From the NCBI GenBank assembly GCA_034189085.1, contig JAXHVH010000003.1:45094-109093 (forward strand): a DNA stretch of 64,000 bases. Reading direction: 5' to 3'. Position 1 is the first letter of the stretch; every line of letters begins with the position of its first letter. Made by a program: the position numbers and the translations under genes. This document shows positions 1-9,700 of this stretch, piece after piece. The stretch comes from Bacillota bacterium. Its GTDB lineage: Bacteria > Bacillota > Dethiobacteria > DTU022. The notes below the pieces were generated by a model. The model was not told the DNA's origin. It made no database searches and saw only the letters and a list, made by a program, of their open reading frames with translations.

Positions 1-1
1 T

Positions 2-718
2 TATCTTGGTTCCCGGTTGGCGGAGTTCTATGAGCGAGCTGGTCGGACTGTCTGCCTTGGCAATGAGGATAAGGAAGGAGCTCTTACTGTTGTCGGTGCG
101 GTTTCACCTCCCGGTGGGGACCTTTCTGAACCGGTATCACAGGCTACCCTGAGGATAGTAAAAGTTTTCTGGGGCCTTGATGCATCCCTGGCTTACCGGC
201 GCCACTTCCCGGCTATAAACTGGCTGCTTAGCTATTCTTTGTATCTTGATAATGTTGCTGCCTATTTTAAAGAAAAAGTCGGGGATCAGTGGAATGAAAT
301 GAGACGTGAAGCGATGCGCCTGCTGCAGGAAGAAGCCGAACTGGAAGAGATTGTCCGGCTTGTTGGCGTAGATGCACTTTCGCCACGAGAAAGGCTGACC
401 CTTGAAACGGCCAAATCACTGCGGGAAGACTTTCTGCACCAGAATGCCATGCACGAGATTGATACTTACAGTTCCCTGGATAAACAGTTTAAAATGATTG
501 AATTGATCCTTTTTTATCATCACCAGGCAGAAGCATTTGTGGACAAGGGAGAGATAGATCTTGACCTGGATAAACTTTTTTCGCTGCCGGTGAGGGAAAG
601 AATTGCCAGGATTAGATATGTTCCGGAAGAGAATCTCAAGGAACTGGATGAGGTATTCCGGGAGATTAAAGAACAAATTGCTTCGTTAGCCGGCGAAGGA
701 GGGGAAGAAGATGCTTAA
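2..718 (+). CDS. ntpA: V/A-type ATP synthase subunit A, C-terminal part (5' end outside window)
   Basis: Frame from nt 2 reads [14 protein letters not shown]...[29 protein letters not shown]...RRHFPAINW, hallmark V/A-ATPase A motifs; overlaps subunit B start. Confidence 0.97.
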   Translation, partial: YLGSRLAEFYERAGRTVCLGNEDKEGALTVVGAVSPPGGDLSEPVSQATLRIVKVFWGLDASLAYRRHFPAINWLLSYSLYLDNVAAYFKEKVGDQWNEMRREAMRLLQEEAELEEIVRLVGVDALSPRERLTLETAKSLREDFLHQNAMHEIDTYSSLDKQFKMIELILFYHHQAEAFVDKGEIDLDLDKLFSLPVRERIARIRYVPEENLKELDEVFREIKEQIASLAGEGGEEDA

Positions 719-2096
719 GGAATATAAAACGATTGTTGATGTAGCCGGCCCGCTTATGCTGGTTGAAAAAGTGGAAGGTATCAAATATGGAGAATTAACC
801 GAGATTGAGCTGCCCACGGGAGAAGTCAGGCGCGGACAGGTTTTGGAAGTAGACAGGGATAAGGCGCTGGTTCAGATTTTTGAAGGGTCGACCGGCCTGA
901 ATATCGGCTTGGCAAAAGTGCGGTTTCTGGGTAAATCTATTGAACTACCTGTTTCAATGGATCTGCTTGGCCGAGTTTTTAGCGGCCTTGGCCAACCACG
1001 TGATGGTGGGCCGAAAATTATCCCTGATAAAAGGCTTGATATCAACGGCTATCCCATTAATCCATATGCACGTGATTATCCTTCCGAATTCATTCAGACC
1101 GGGGTTTCGGCGATTGACGGGATGAATACCATGGTCCGCGGGCAGAAGCTACCTATATTCTCCAGCTCCGGGTTGCCCCATTCCAGGCTGGCTGCTCAGA
1201 TCGCCAGACAGGCTAAAGTTCTGGGAACTGAAGCCAAATTTGCAGTGGTTTTTGCCGCCATGGGCATAACTTTTGAAGAAGCTGATTTCTTTATCAGCGA
1301 TTTTCGCAAAACCGGAGCAATTGAAAGAGCAGTCCTTTTTATAAATTTGGCTGATGACCCGGCTATTGAAAGAATTTCCACTCCTCGTATGGCTCTCACC
1401 GCCGCCGAGTACCTGGCTTACGAAAAGGATATGCATGTGCTGGTTATCCTGACTGATTTGACCAACTATGCCGAAGCGCTTAGAGAAATATCGGCTGCTC
1501 GTAAAGAAGTTCCCGGACGGCGAGGCTATCCCGGCTATCTTTATACAGACCTTTCGACCATCTATGAAAGAGCCGGACGGATTCAGGGCCGTAAAGGGTC
1601 CATTACTCAGCTGCCGATCCTGACAATGCCCGAAAACGACATTACCCATCCCATTCCCGATTTAACCGGGTACATCACTGAAGGACAGATTATCCTCAGT
1701 CCGGAGATGCACCGCAAGGGTATGTATCCCCCTATCGATGTGCTTCCTTCGCTTTCTCGCTTAAAAGACAAGGGGATCGGCAAAGGAAAAACCCGTGAAG
1801 ATCATGCCGATACGATGAACCAGCTTTACGCAGCTTACGCCCGCGGCAAGGAAGTGAAGGAACTGGCTACTATCCTGGGTGAAGCGGCCTTGTCAGAAGC
1901 TGACAAAAAGTTTTCACACTTTGCCGATGAATTTGAAAACCGCTATGTTTCACAGGGAGAAGAAGAGAACCGCTCCATTGAAGAAACTTTAAACCTGGGC
2001 TGGGATCTTCTTTCCTACCTGCCACGGACAGAGCTGAAAAGAATTCGTGATGAGTACCTCGAAAAGTACCTGCCTGCGCAGAAAGAGGAGGTTTAG
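711..2096 (+). CDS. ntpB: V/A-type ATP synthase subunit B
   Basis: 461 aa; [44 protein letters not shown] motifs; ends in TAG. Confidence 0.97.
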   Translation: MLKEYKTIVDVAGPLMLVEKVEGIKYGELTEIELPTGEVRRGQVLEVDRDKALVQIFEGSTGLNIGLAKVRFLGKSIELPVSMDLLGRVFSGLGQPRDGGPKIIPDKRLDINGYPINPYARDYPSEFIQTGVSAIDGMNTMVRGQKLPIFSSSGLPHSRLAAQIARQAKVLGTEAKFAVVFAAMGITFEEADFFISDFRKTGAIERAVLFINLADDPAIERISTPRMALTAAEYLAYEKDMHVLVILTDLTNYAEALREISAARKEVPGRRGYPGYLYTDLSTIYERAGRIQGRKGSITQLPILTMPENDITHPIPDLTGYITEGQIILSPEMHRKGMYPPIDVLPSLSRLKDKGIGKGKTREDHADTMNQLYAAYARGKEVKELATILGEAALSEADKKFSHFADEFENRYVSQGEEENRSIEETLNLGWDLLSYLPRTELKRIRDEYLEKYLPAQKEEV

Positions 2097-2100
2097 GGCC

Positions 2101-2742
2101 ATGGAAATACGGGTCAATCCAACCCGCATGGAGCTAAACCGCCTGAAAAAAAGATTAAAAATGGCGGAGCGGGGCCACAAATTGCTAAAAGATAAAAGAG
2201 ATGAATTGATCCGCCAGTTTCTGATCCTGGTCAGGAAAAACAAAGAATTGCGCGAGGACATTGAAGAAGAGCTTTCCGGTGCTTTTGCCAAGTTTCTGCT
2301 GGCCCGGGCAGTGATGCCTCAGGACAACCTTGAAGAAGCTCTCATGTACCCTACCAGGAAGCTGACCCTTGACATCGATAAACAGAATATAATGAGTGTG
2401 AATGCGCCTAAATTTAGCTGGCATGAAGAATCCGACCAGGACGAGGGAAACAGTATTTATCCTTATGGTTTTGCCGAGACTTCGGCGGAGCTTGATGCTT
2501 CCATCGAAACACTTTCTGGCGTTCTTTCCCGGTTAATGGAGCTGGCGGAAGTGGAAAAAGCAGTACAACTACTGTCTGGAGAAATTGAAAAAACACGCCG
2601 CCGGGTGAATGCCCTCGAATATGTCTTGATCCCAAAACTGACGGAAACAATTAAATATATTACCATGAAACTGGAAGAAAATGAAAGGGGAGCCCTGGTT
2701 CGGTTAATGAAGATTAAGGATGTCGTGCGGGCGAAAATGTGA
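2101..2742 (+). CDS. ntpD: V/A-type ATP synthase subunit D
   Basis: MEIRVNPTRMELNRLKKRL...GHKLLKDKRDEL and EIEKTRRRVNALE motifs; ATG at 2101 preferred over the ORF-track start 2047. Confidence 0.95.
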   Translation: MEIRVNPTRMELNRLKKRLKMAERGHKLLKDKRDELIRQFLILVRKNKELREDIEEELSGAFAKFLLARAVMPQDNLEEALMYPTRKLTLDIDKQNIMSVNAPKFSWHEESDQDEGNSIYPYGFAETSAELDASIETLSGVLSRLMELAEVEKAVQLLSGEIEKTRRRVNALEYVLIPKLTETIKYITMKLEENERGALVRLMKIKDVVRAKM

Positions 2743-2758
2743 TATCGCCGGGATTAAA

Positions 2759-3826
2759 ATGCATACCTACCGCGGGAATATTCATATACACAGCTGCTAT
2801 TCGGACGGCACAGGCAGCATAAAAGAGATTGCGGAGTCGGCGGCCTCCGCCGATTTGGACTATATTATTGTCACCGATCATGAAACCGTCACCGGCCTCA
2901 AAGAAGAAGCGGTTTATAATGGAGTTATGGTGCTGGTGGGGTCGGAAATCAACCGTAAGCACAGCCATTACCTGGCCTTCAATATTGATCGACCCATTGA
3001 ATCTAACGAGGATAACCCCCAGGAAGTGATCGATCAGGTATCGAGGGCAGGCGGTTTTGGTGCGATTGCTCATCCTTTTGAAAAAGGATCAGCCTATATT
3101 GAAAAAGGGAAAGCATATCCATGGATTAAATGGCCTGTTTTCCGTTTTCAAGGCCTTGAAATATGGAATTATACTTCTCACTGGCGGGGCCGGTTTCCCT
3201 TTCCTCTAAAAACTCTTTACTGTTTTTTCTTGAATCGCAGTGCAGCCATGGATGGTCCTTCGCCTGACTGTCTGAAGCTGTGGGACTGTTATAATCGATC
3301 CGGTCATCGAATTTTTGGTATTGGGGGCAGCGATGCCCATGCTTCACTGTACAGGCTGGGTCCACTTAAAGCAACGATATTTACCTATAACTATATTTTC
3401 AGGACCATTAACACTTATATTTACATGGAAGAAGAATTAAGCAGTGATTTTCCAAGAGCAAAAAACCAGATATATAAAGCTCTGCAGGAAGGACGTTCTT
3501 TTTTATCTTATGATATTCTTCATCCGGCTGCTGGATTTCTCTTTTACGGATTAAGCAATAACAGGATTATTCTTCCCGGCAGCGAGTTAGATTATGAAAA
3601 GAATCTTGATTTGCGGATAAAATCTCCATATCGGCGTTCATTAATCCGGGTCATACTCGATGGTAAATTATTTTTAGAAGCAAAAACGGACGATCTATCT
3701 TTTAAGCCGGTGGTTCCTGGTGTGTACAGGGTTGAAGTTTATTATCGTCCTTTAATTGGACGTCCCCGACCGTGGATTTATGCCAATCCCATTTTTGTGA
3801 AGTCCCATTCCCCCGATGATAGTTAA
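2759..3826 (+). CDS. PHP-domain metallohydrolase (CehA/McbA-like)
   Basis: GNIHIHSCYSDG, TDH, AHP and GGSDAH metal-binding motifs of the PHP fold; likely ATG 2759. Confidence 0.8.
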   Translation: MHTYRGNIHIHSCYSDGTGSIKEIAESAASADLDYIIVTDHETVTGLKEEAVYNGVMVLVGSEINRKHSHYLAFNIDRPIESNEDNPQEVIDQVSRAGGFGAIAHPFEKGSAYIEKGKAYPWIKWPVFRFQGLEIWNYTSHWRGRFPFPLKTLYCFFLNRSAAMDGPSPDCLKLWDCYNRSGHRIFGIGGSDAHASLYRLGPLKATIFTYNYIFRTINTYIYMEEELSSDFPRAKNQIYKALQEGRSFLSYDILHPAAGFLFYGLSNNRIILPGSELDYEKNLDLRIKSPYRRSLIRVILDGKLFLEAKTDDLSFKPVVPGVYRVEVYYRPLIGRPRPWIYANPIFVKSHSPDDS

Positions 3827-3928
3827 TCGGATTCGGATGTGTTGCAGGAAACTTTCTGATGTTATACTATAAAAGTGATACAATTTGCAGAAGTCGATTA
3901 AATATCGATTTTATAAGGAGGATTTAAA

Positions 3929-4918
3929 ATGATCAAAGTTGGTATCAATGGATTTGGACGAATTGGCAGGATGACTATGCGAGCATCGCTCAAACAGGAT
4001 AAAGTTAAGATAGTGGCGATCAATGATCTGGCCGACAATGAAGCCCTTGCCCACCTCTTGAAATATGATTCTATTTATGGGCCGGCAGACTGCGACATTA
4101 CCGCCAATGAACGTGGATTTATTGTCGATGGTGAAGAGTTGCGGGTATTTTCGGAAAGAGAGCCGGCGAAAATTCCCTGGAAAGAAGCAGGTGTTGATGT
4201 TGTCATTGAATCAACCGGTATTTTTACCAAGCGCGAAGCTGCTGCTGCCCACCTTGAAGCGGGAGCAAGAAGAGTTATCATTTCCGCCCCGGCTGCCGTT
4301 GATATCATTATTGTTCTCGGGGTAAACGATCATTTATATGACCCCGATAAACATTTTATCATTTCCAATGCTTCCTGCACGACCAATGCGCTGGCGCCCC
4401 TGGCCAAGGTGTTACATGATAATTTTGGTATTCAGAGAGGCCTGATGAATACTACCCATGCTTATACGAACGATCAGCGGCTGCATGATTTTCCTCATTC
4501 TGATATGCGGCGAGCTCGTGCGGCAGCCCTTTCCATGATTCCCACCACTACCGGTGCTGCCAGAACAGTGGGAGAAGTTATTCCTGAACTGAAGGGGCGT
4601 ATTGATGGCCTGGCTATTCGTGTCCCTACCCCGACGGTTTCACTCGTTGATTTTGTCGTCCAGCTGGAAAAAGAGGTTACCGTAGAGGTAATCAACGAGG
4701 CCTTCAAGGAAGCTGCCTCAAATTCAAAATATCTTGCCTACAGTGAAGAACCACTCGTTTCTGCTGATTACCGGGGAAATCCTCATTCTTCCACTGTTGA
4801 TGCCGGGTCAACAATGGTAGTCAAGGACAAACTGGCTCGTGTCCTCGGCTGGTATGACAATGAGTGGGGATATTCCAACCGGCTTATCGATCTGGCAGCC
4901 ATGATTGCCTCAAGATAG
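3929..4918 (+). CDS. gap: Type I glyceraldehyde-3-phosphate dehydrogenase
   Basis: GINGFGRIGR, catalytic ASCTT, WYDNEWGYS; strong SD (AAGGAGG); ends in TAG. Confidence 0.98.
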   Translation: MIKVGINGFGRIGRMTMRASLKQDKVKIVAINDLADNEALAHLLKYDSIYGPADCDITANERGFIVDGEELRVFSEREPAKIPWKEAGVDVVIESTGIFTKREAAAAHLEAGARRVIISAPAAVDIIIVLGVNDHLYDPDKHFIISNASCTTNALAPLAKVLHDNFGIQRGLMNTTHAYTNDQRLHDFPHSDMRRARAAALSMIPTTTGAARTVGEVIPELKGRIDGLAIRVPTPTVSLVDFVVQLEKEVTVEVINEAFKEAASNSKYLAYSEEPLVSADYRGNPHSSTVDAGSTMVVKDKLARVLGWYDNEWGYSNRLIDLAAMIASR

Positions 4919-4931
4919 AAAGGACGATTTG

Positions 4932-5747
4932 ATGAATACTCTAAGCCAAAAGAGCGGCTTGCCCATTCGATGGGATCGGGTGAACGAGATAATCCTGTGC
5001 GGGGAGGATATGCAACCCCGTGATTGCCGGCCAGATGTAAGGTGCCGGACCGATATGCTCGATGTACTCTATGACAAAAGTGCTGTTGGGATTGAGGAAC
5101 TATACTATATGTACCGTGGCTTATCTCTGGCTGAAGACAGTGAGGAGATTGCAGAAGCGGGGTTGAGATATGATATAACGGCCATAAGGCCGGGACTGCT
5201 TGGACGCGAATTTGTGAAAACAGCGGGCCATTACCATCCATTGAAGCCGGGCACCGGTTTTACCTGGCCGGAAGTGTACGAGGTACTCAGCGGCAGGGCT
5301 CATTACCTTCTGCAGCGCAGGTGCTCGGAACAGCCCGGCGAGGTCGATGCCGTCCTGTTGATTTCCGCTCTCCCCGGGGATAAAGTGTTAATCCCCCCGG
5401 GTTTCGGTCACATTACGATCAATGCGGGCAATGATTTCCTGATCATGAGCAACTGGGTTGCCGAAGGGTTTGATTCTGTTTACGAGCCTGTCAGGCAGAT
5501 GCAGGGAGGGGCTTTTTACGCCCTGGAAGATGATGGCGGTGTAAAATTTATTCCAAATCGTAATTACTCTACACTCCCACCGTTAAAAATTTGCCCTGTA
5601 GAACCGGTTGACCAGTTTATGCTGGTCAAAAGTATCCAGATGTATAATATTTTTAAAGAAAACAAAGAAGCCCTGCGCTTTTTAACCAACCCTGAGGATT
5701 ATGGGGCTGTCTTCGAAAACTATTTGGCTAAATTGACGTTGTCCTGA
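4932..5747 (+). CDS. Cupin-type (archaeal-type) glucose-6-phosphate isomerase family protein
   Basis: LYYMYRG, KTAGHYH, EVYEVLSG, PPGFGHITIN motifs of cupin PGI; follows gap; likely ATG 4932. Confidence 0.85.
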   Translation: MNTLSQKSGLPIRWDRVNEIILCGEDMQPRDCRPDVRCRTDMLDVLYDKSAVGIEELYYMYRGLSLAEDSEEIAEAGLRYDITAIRPGLLGREFVKTAGHYHPLKPGTGFTWPEVYEVLSGRAHYLLQRRCSEQPGEVDAVLLISALPGDKVLIPPGFGHITINAGNDFLIMSNWVAEGFDSVYEPVRQMQGGAFYALEDDGGVKFIPNRNYSTLPPLKICPVEPVDQFMLVKSIQMYNIFKENKEALRFLTNPEDYGAVFENYLAKLTLS

Positions 5748-5863
5748 TAGGCTTGACAACAGCTGCTCTTTTATCAACCGATGGCTGCTGTTTATAAAGT
5801 CTGTTATTCTATTTCTCAACCTGTAAGGTGCTTGCGGTATATTATTCCGGAGGAGGTGACCCG

Positions 5864-7084
5864 GTGAAGGTTAACCGGAGTATTGAGGAAATTAATGCAA
5901 AAATAAAGAAAGGAAAAGCAGTAGTCCTGACAGCGGAAGAAGTAACAGATCTGGTTGAACAAAAAGGCAGCACAGAAGCGGCGGCATCAGTTGATGTGGT
6001 TACAACAGGAACATTTGGGCCCATGTGTTCCTCCGGGGTATTTCTCAATGTGGGGCATTCAAGCCCCCGTATTAAGCTGACTGAAGCTTATTTAAACGGT
6101 GTCCCGGCCTATGCCGGGATTGCGGCCGTTGATCTCTACCTGGGAGCAACAGCTCTTCCGGCAGCCGATCCAGCTAATCGTAATTATCCGGGAGAATTTC
6201 TGTATGGAGGCGGGCATGTGATTGAAGATCTGGTTTCCGGGAAGGAAGTCCGCTTTGAAGGTTTTTCTTATGGCACAGATTGCTATCCCCGGAGAAAAGT
6301 TGATACGACCATCCGCCTTGATGAAATAAATGAGGCTACACTATTTAATCCGCGCAATGCCTATCAAAACTACAATGTGGCCGTCAACAAGGGCAAGAAA
6401 ACGATTTATACTTACATGGGTGTGTTGAAACCCAATCTTGGTAATGCCTATTACAGCACCGCCGGTCAATTGAGCCCGCTTTTCAATGATCCCTACCTCA
6501 AGACAATCGGGTTGGGAACGCGCATTTTCCTGGGCGGAGGTATTGGTTACATAGCCTGGCATGGAACACAGCATAATCCTTCCGCAGCACGAACTGATAA
6601 CGGAATCCCGCGTGATCCAGCCGGGACCCTCGCCCTGATTGGTGATTTAAAACAGATGAATGCTCGCTGGCTGAGGGGGCTCAGCTTCCTTGGTTACGGG
6701 GCTACCCTGCAGGTGGGTCTCGGCATTCCAATTCCCATTCTGAATGAAGAGATCATGAAGTACTGTGCCGTCCGCGATGAAGAGATCATTGCCCCGGTGA
6801 TGGATTACTACAAGGACTATCCCAACCTGAAAGGTGGAAATCTTGGCTATGTAAATTATGCCGAGTTGAAAAGTGGATTAATTAATTTGCAGGGGCAAAA
6901 GATTCCCACTGCTTCTCTATCCAGTTATGCCGGGGCGCGGGAGATCGCCCTGATCTTAAAAGAATGGATTGGAAGCGGTCGGTTTTTGCTTACCGAACCT
7001 TCGGCACAGCTCCCTTCGGCGGAAGATAATATCGTTTTAAAATCGATGCCCCGGAAGGATCCGGAGAAGCGGGAGGATGAATAA
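5864..7084 (+). CDS. Homocysteine biosynthesis protein / L-aspartate semialdehyde sulfurtransferase (DUF39, MA1821/MJ0100-like)
   Basis: RSIEEINAKIKKGKAVVLTAEE, VDVVTTGTFGPMCSSG, YGTDCYPR motifs; GTG 5864 after GGAGG; no C-terminal CBS pair visible. Confidence 0.88.
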   Translation: MKVNRSIEEINAKIKKGKAVVLTAEEVTDLVEQKGSTEAAASVDVVTTGTFGPMCSSGVFLNVGHSSPRIKLTEAYLNGVPAYAGIAAVDLYLGATALPAADPANRNYPGEFLYGGGHVIEDLVSGKEVRFEGFSYGTDCYPRRKVDTTIRLDEINEATLFNPRNAYQNYNVAVNKGKKTIYTYMGVLKPNLGNAYYSTAGQLSPLFNDPYLKTIGLGTRIFLGGGIGYIAWHGTQHNPSAARTDNGIPRDPAGTLALIGDLKQMNARWLRGLSFLGYGATLQVGLGIPIPILNEEIMKYCAVRDEEIIAPVMDYYKDYPNLKGGNLGYVNYAELKSGLINLQGQKIPTASLSSYAGAREIALILKEWIGSGRFLLTEPSAQLPSAEDNIVLKSMPRKDPEKREDE

Positions 7085-7509
7085 TGGTTAAACAAAAAAT
7101 TGTGCTTCGCTTCCCACCGAACGTAGTTGAACAGCCAATCATTTACATGATGATCAAAGATTTTGACCTGATGGTTAATATTTTACGTGCCGACATCAAT
7201 CCCCGCAAGGAAGGGCGCCTGATGATGGAGGTAAATGGTGAAAATGCCGATTATCAGAAGGCGATGGCCTGGCTGAAGGAGCAGGGGTTGATCATTACCA
7301 ACCTGGAACAACAGATAATCTGGCGGGAGGATCGTTGTACCCACTGCGGTGCCTGCACCGTGATCTGTCCTACAAGAGCGCTTTACTTCGAACGGCCGTC
7401 GATGAATGTTCGTTTTGACCAGGATAAATGCATAGTCTGCGAACTTTGCCTGCGGGCCTGTCCGGCCAGGGCGATGGAAACACCGATCGACAACACCCTC
7501 TTCAGATGA
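7084..7509 (+). CDS. NIL-domain 2x[4Fe-4S] ferredoxin (MA1822/MJ0099-like)
   Basis: N-terminal NIL domain (MVNILRADI) plus CTHCGACTVICP and CIVCELCLRACP; coupled to the DUF39 gene. Confidence 0.9.
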   Translation: MVKQKIVLRFPPNVVEQPIIYMMIKDFDLMVNILRADINPRKEGRLMMEVNGENADYQKAMAWLKEQGLIITNLEQQIIWREDRCTHCGACTVICPTRALYFERPSMNVRFDQDKCIVCELCLRACPARAMETPIDNTLFR

Positions 7510-8252
7510 GCAGCAGGAGAATTTACCGCCAGGAAGGTTCAGGCCCCCGCCTGACCTCTTTCACTGTTGTTGTGAAGGAAAGCGACCTCTGGATAGCAGT
7601 GAGCAGTTCTGCTTACAAGGAGAGCCTTCCGGGGCACACAGAAAACTTCCTGTGGCGAACTCGCCGCAGCCTTGAATCTTACCTGGGTTTTTATCCCGAT
7701 ATTGCTGAATCCCTGGAACCGTATCTTTTGAAAGAAGATGCGCCATGGATATTGCATCGGATGACTGAAGCGGCAAACAGAGCCGGTGTGGGTCCAATGG
7801 CAGCTGTTGCCGGAGCGGTGGCGGAAAGTGTTGGTACTATGCTGCTCGAATTTTCACCCGAGGTGATAGTCGAAAATGGCGGTGATATTTTTCTTAAAGC
7901 TGATGCTCCTGTTACAGTCGGTATATATGCCGGACAGTCTCCCCTCAGCGGAAAACTTGGTTTGAAGATTAATCCGTCCAGGACACCGCTTGGCATCTGT
8001 ACATCCTCGGGGAAAGTCGGCCCCTCCTTAAGTTTTGGCCGGGCTGATGCAGCTGTAATCGCAGCTGCATCAGCCCCTCTTGCCGATGCAGCAGCAACAG
8101 CCGTCGGCAATATGGTTACCAGCCCCGCTGATTTTAACCGCGCTGTAGGATTTATACGTTCAATTACTGGTGTGAGCGGACTTTTGCTGATTTGTGGTGA
8201 TAAAATGACAGCATGGGGAGATATGGAGTTGCAGCTTCTGGAACAAGCGTAA
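7506..8252 (+). CDS. UPF0280 / ApbE-like family protein (MA1715-like)
   Basis: VKESDL, VGPMAAVAGAVA, VIVENGGDI, GICTSSGKVGPSLSFGRADA motifs; ATG 7506 overlaps upstream stop. Confidence 0.85.
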   Translation: MSSRRIYRQEGSGPRLTSFTVVVKESDLWIAVSSSAYKESLPGHTENFLWRTRRSLESYLGFYPDIAESLEPYLLKEDAPWILHRMTEAANRAGVGPMAAVAGAVAESVGTMLLEFSPEVIVENGGDIFLKADAPVTVGIYAGQSPLSGKLGLKINPSRTPLGICTSSGKVGPSLSFGRADAAVIAAASAPLADAAATAVGNMVTSPADFNRAVGFIRSITGVSGLLLICGDKMTAWGDMELQLLEQA

Positions 8253-8396
8253 AAAAGGAAAAAGGAAAAGCAGTGCAATTCAAGCTATTATTAAATAGTG
8301 ACCATGATCGGCATAAATTATTTTACCACTCCGCTTAATTCCGTGATGTAATAACCAGCGACAAGCAGTAACACATCAACCCTGAAGGTTAACGCC

Positions 8397-8915
8397 ATGC
8401 CTGTTTTACGATACAAAAATCACAAGCCTTTGCTTGGTGCAGAAGTTTATATTGCCCTCAATGCCTGTGTCATAGGCAGGGTTTCCATAGGACCTCGATC
8501 CAACGTATGGTTTGGAGCCGTTATCCGCGGTGATCTGGCGGATATTACCATTGGTGAAGAATGCAGCCTGCAGGACAACATAACTATTCATGTTGATGAA
8601 AATGAACCTGTTGTTGTCGGTAACCGGGTTACAGTGGGCCATAATGCAGTATTACACGGCTGTAAAATCGAAGATGATGTGCTCATCGGAATGGGTGCGA
8701 TAATCCTCAATGGTGCAGTTATCGGCAGAGACAGCCTGGTAGGTGCCGGCAGCCTGATTACGCCGGAGACAATTATACCACCTCGCTCACTGGTATTAGG
8801 TTCGCCGGGCAAAGTAGTGCGCCGGCTGACTGATGAACAGATTCCCGCTGTCGACGGTATGTACCGGCATTATCTCAAGCTGATGCAGGAGTACAGGGAA
8901 AGCGATGATGGTTGA
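8397..8915 (+). CDS. Gamma-carbonic anhydrase family protein (YrdA-like)
   Basis: Hexapeptide repeats; WFGAVIRGD, QDN, H-x-GH-x-A-x-LHGC. Confidence 0.9.
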   Translation: MPVLRYKNHKPLLGAEVYIALNACVIGRVSIGPRSNVWFGAVIRGDLADITIGEECSLQDNITIHVDENEPVVVGNRVTVGHNAVLHGCKIEDDVLIGMGAIILNGAVIGRDSLVGAGSLITPETIIPPRSLVLGSPGKVVRRLTDEQIPAVDGMYRHYLKLMQEYRESDDG

Positions 8916-8954
8916 ACTGCCACCAGATCTGCGTTATAATACGTAATGCAAAAT

Positions 8955-9030
8955 GCCGGCATAGCTCAATTGGTAGAGCAGCTGAATCGTAATCAGCATG
9001 TTGGGGGTTCAAGTCCTCTTGCCGGCTCCA
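8955..9030 (+). tRNA. tRNA-Thr(CGT)
   Basis: GCCGGCA/TGCCGGC acceptor stem, D-arm TAGCTCAATTGGTAGAGC, anticodon arm GCTGA-ATCGTAA-TCAGC, GTTCAAGTC T-loop, discriminator T, encoded CCA. Confidence 0.95.
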
Positions 9031-9043
9031 CACATTAAAGAGC

Positions 9044-9077
9044 AAAGTGGTCTGGATCTAAGATCCAGGCCACTTTT
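9044..9077 (+). terminator. Rho-independent terminator after tRNA-Thr
   Basis: AAAGTGGTCTGGATCT / AGATCCAGGCCACTTT inverted repeat followed by T-run. Confidence 0.75.
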
Positions 9078-9085
9078 GTAATTAA

Positions 9086-9215
9086 TTACCCCCGGCGTGA
9101 GCATTCCCTGAAGCAGAGTATCAATTATAGGTCTGGCAGTAGGTATCTACTGGGTGAAATGCAACCATGTCCGCCGCGAGGCGGAATCTGAGGAACGAGC
9201 AGGTGCGATCGCTTG
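9086..9215 (+). mobile_element. Possible degenerate 5' (domain I) remnant of a group IIC intron
   Basis: TTACCCCCGGCGTGAGC resembles the IIC 5' end GTRCGCCCGGCATGGG; GCAACCATGTCCGCCGCGAGGCGGAATCTGAGGAAC resembles IIC GCAAGGGTGTCCG...GCGGAATCTGAAGGAAG; lies just after a terminator. Recognised from memory only; no RT ORF. Confidence 0.35.
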
Positions 9216-9363
9216 TGCTTACGCTTACAAGTTATGTGTTTGTGCCATAATTAAATAAAGGAAACAGAGTGGCACAGAATAAAAAACTTCGAGCAAAATC
9301 CTCAATTTAAAGCCAGCAAATTAATTTACCAAAACACACCACAAACCCAATAAATCCACTATC

Positions 9364-9411
9364 TATTGCATTCTGTTATAGATAGTATTAGTTTTTGCAA
9401 AAAGGACTGTT
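9364..9411 (+). promoter_or_regulatory. Promoter/operator repeat copy 1, upstream of flavoprotein module 1
   Basis: 41/48 nt identical to 17564-17611; TTGCAT-17bp-TAGTTT plus palindrome TTTTTGCAAAAA. Confidence 0.65.
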
Positions 9412-9700
9412 CCTTTCGGTTCAGAATTAAACAATTAAATATGCAGTAAGATAAAGCACCCGCTATGTTCGCAAAAATTATCGAACCGAACGTGCTCTTA
9501 ATTCCAAAATGGGTGTATTTTTAAGCTACAAATGTATATTGATATATTTTATATATTAAATTGTTCACCCATGAAAGGGTTTATCTTGCATAAATTATTT
9601 ACGGCAAATAGCACTCTCCATTTATTTAGCCTCACAAAATATTTGTTCTCATTAGAAGCGGTTTCATTGCTCAGACACTGGAAGGAGAGAACTTAACTTA

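Noticed and set aside
4370-4395. GAPDH motif SCTTNAL (second Cys replaced) and enolase SHRSGETAD variant
   Set aside because: Catalytic residues are retained; these look like ordinary sequence variation.
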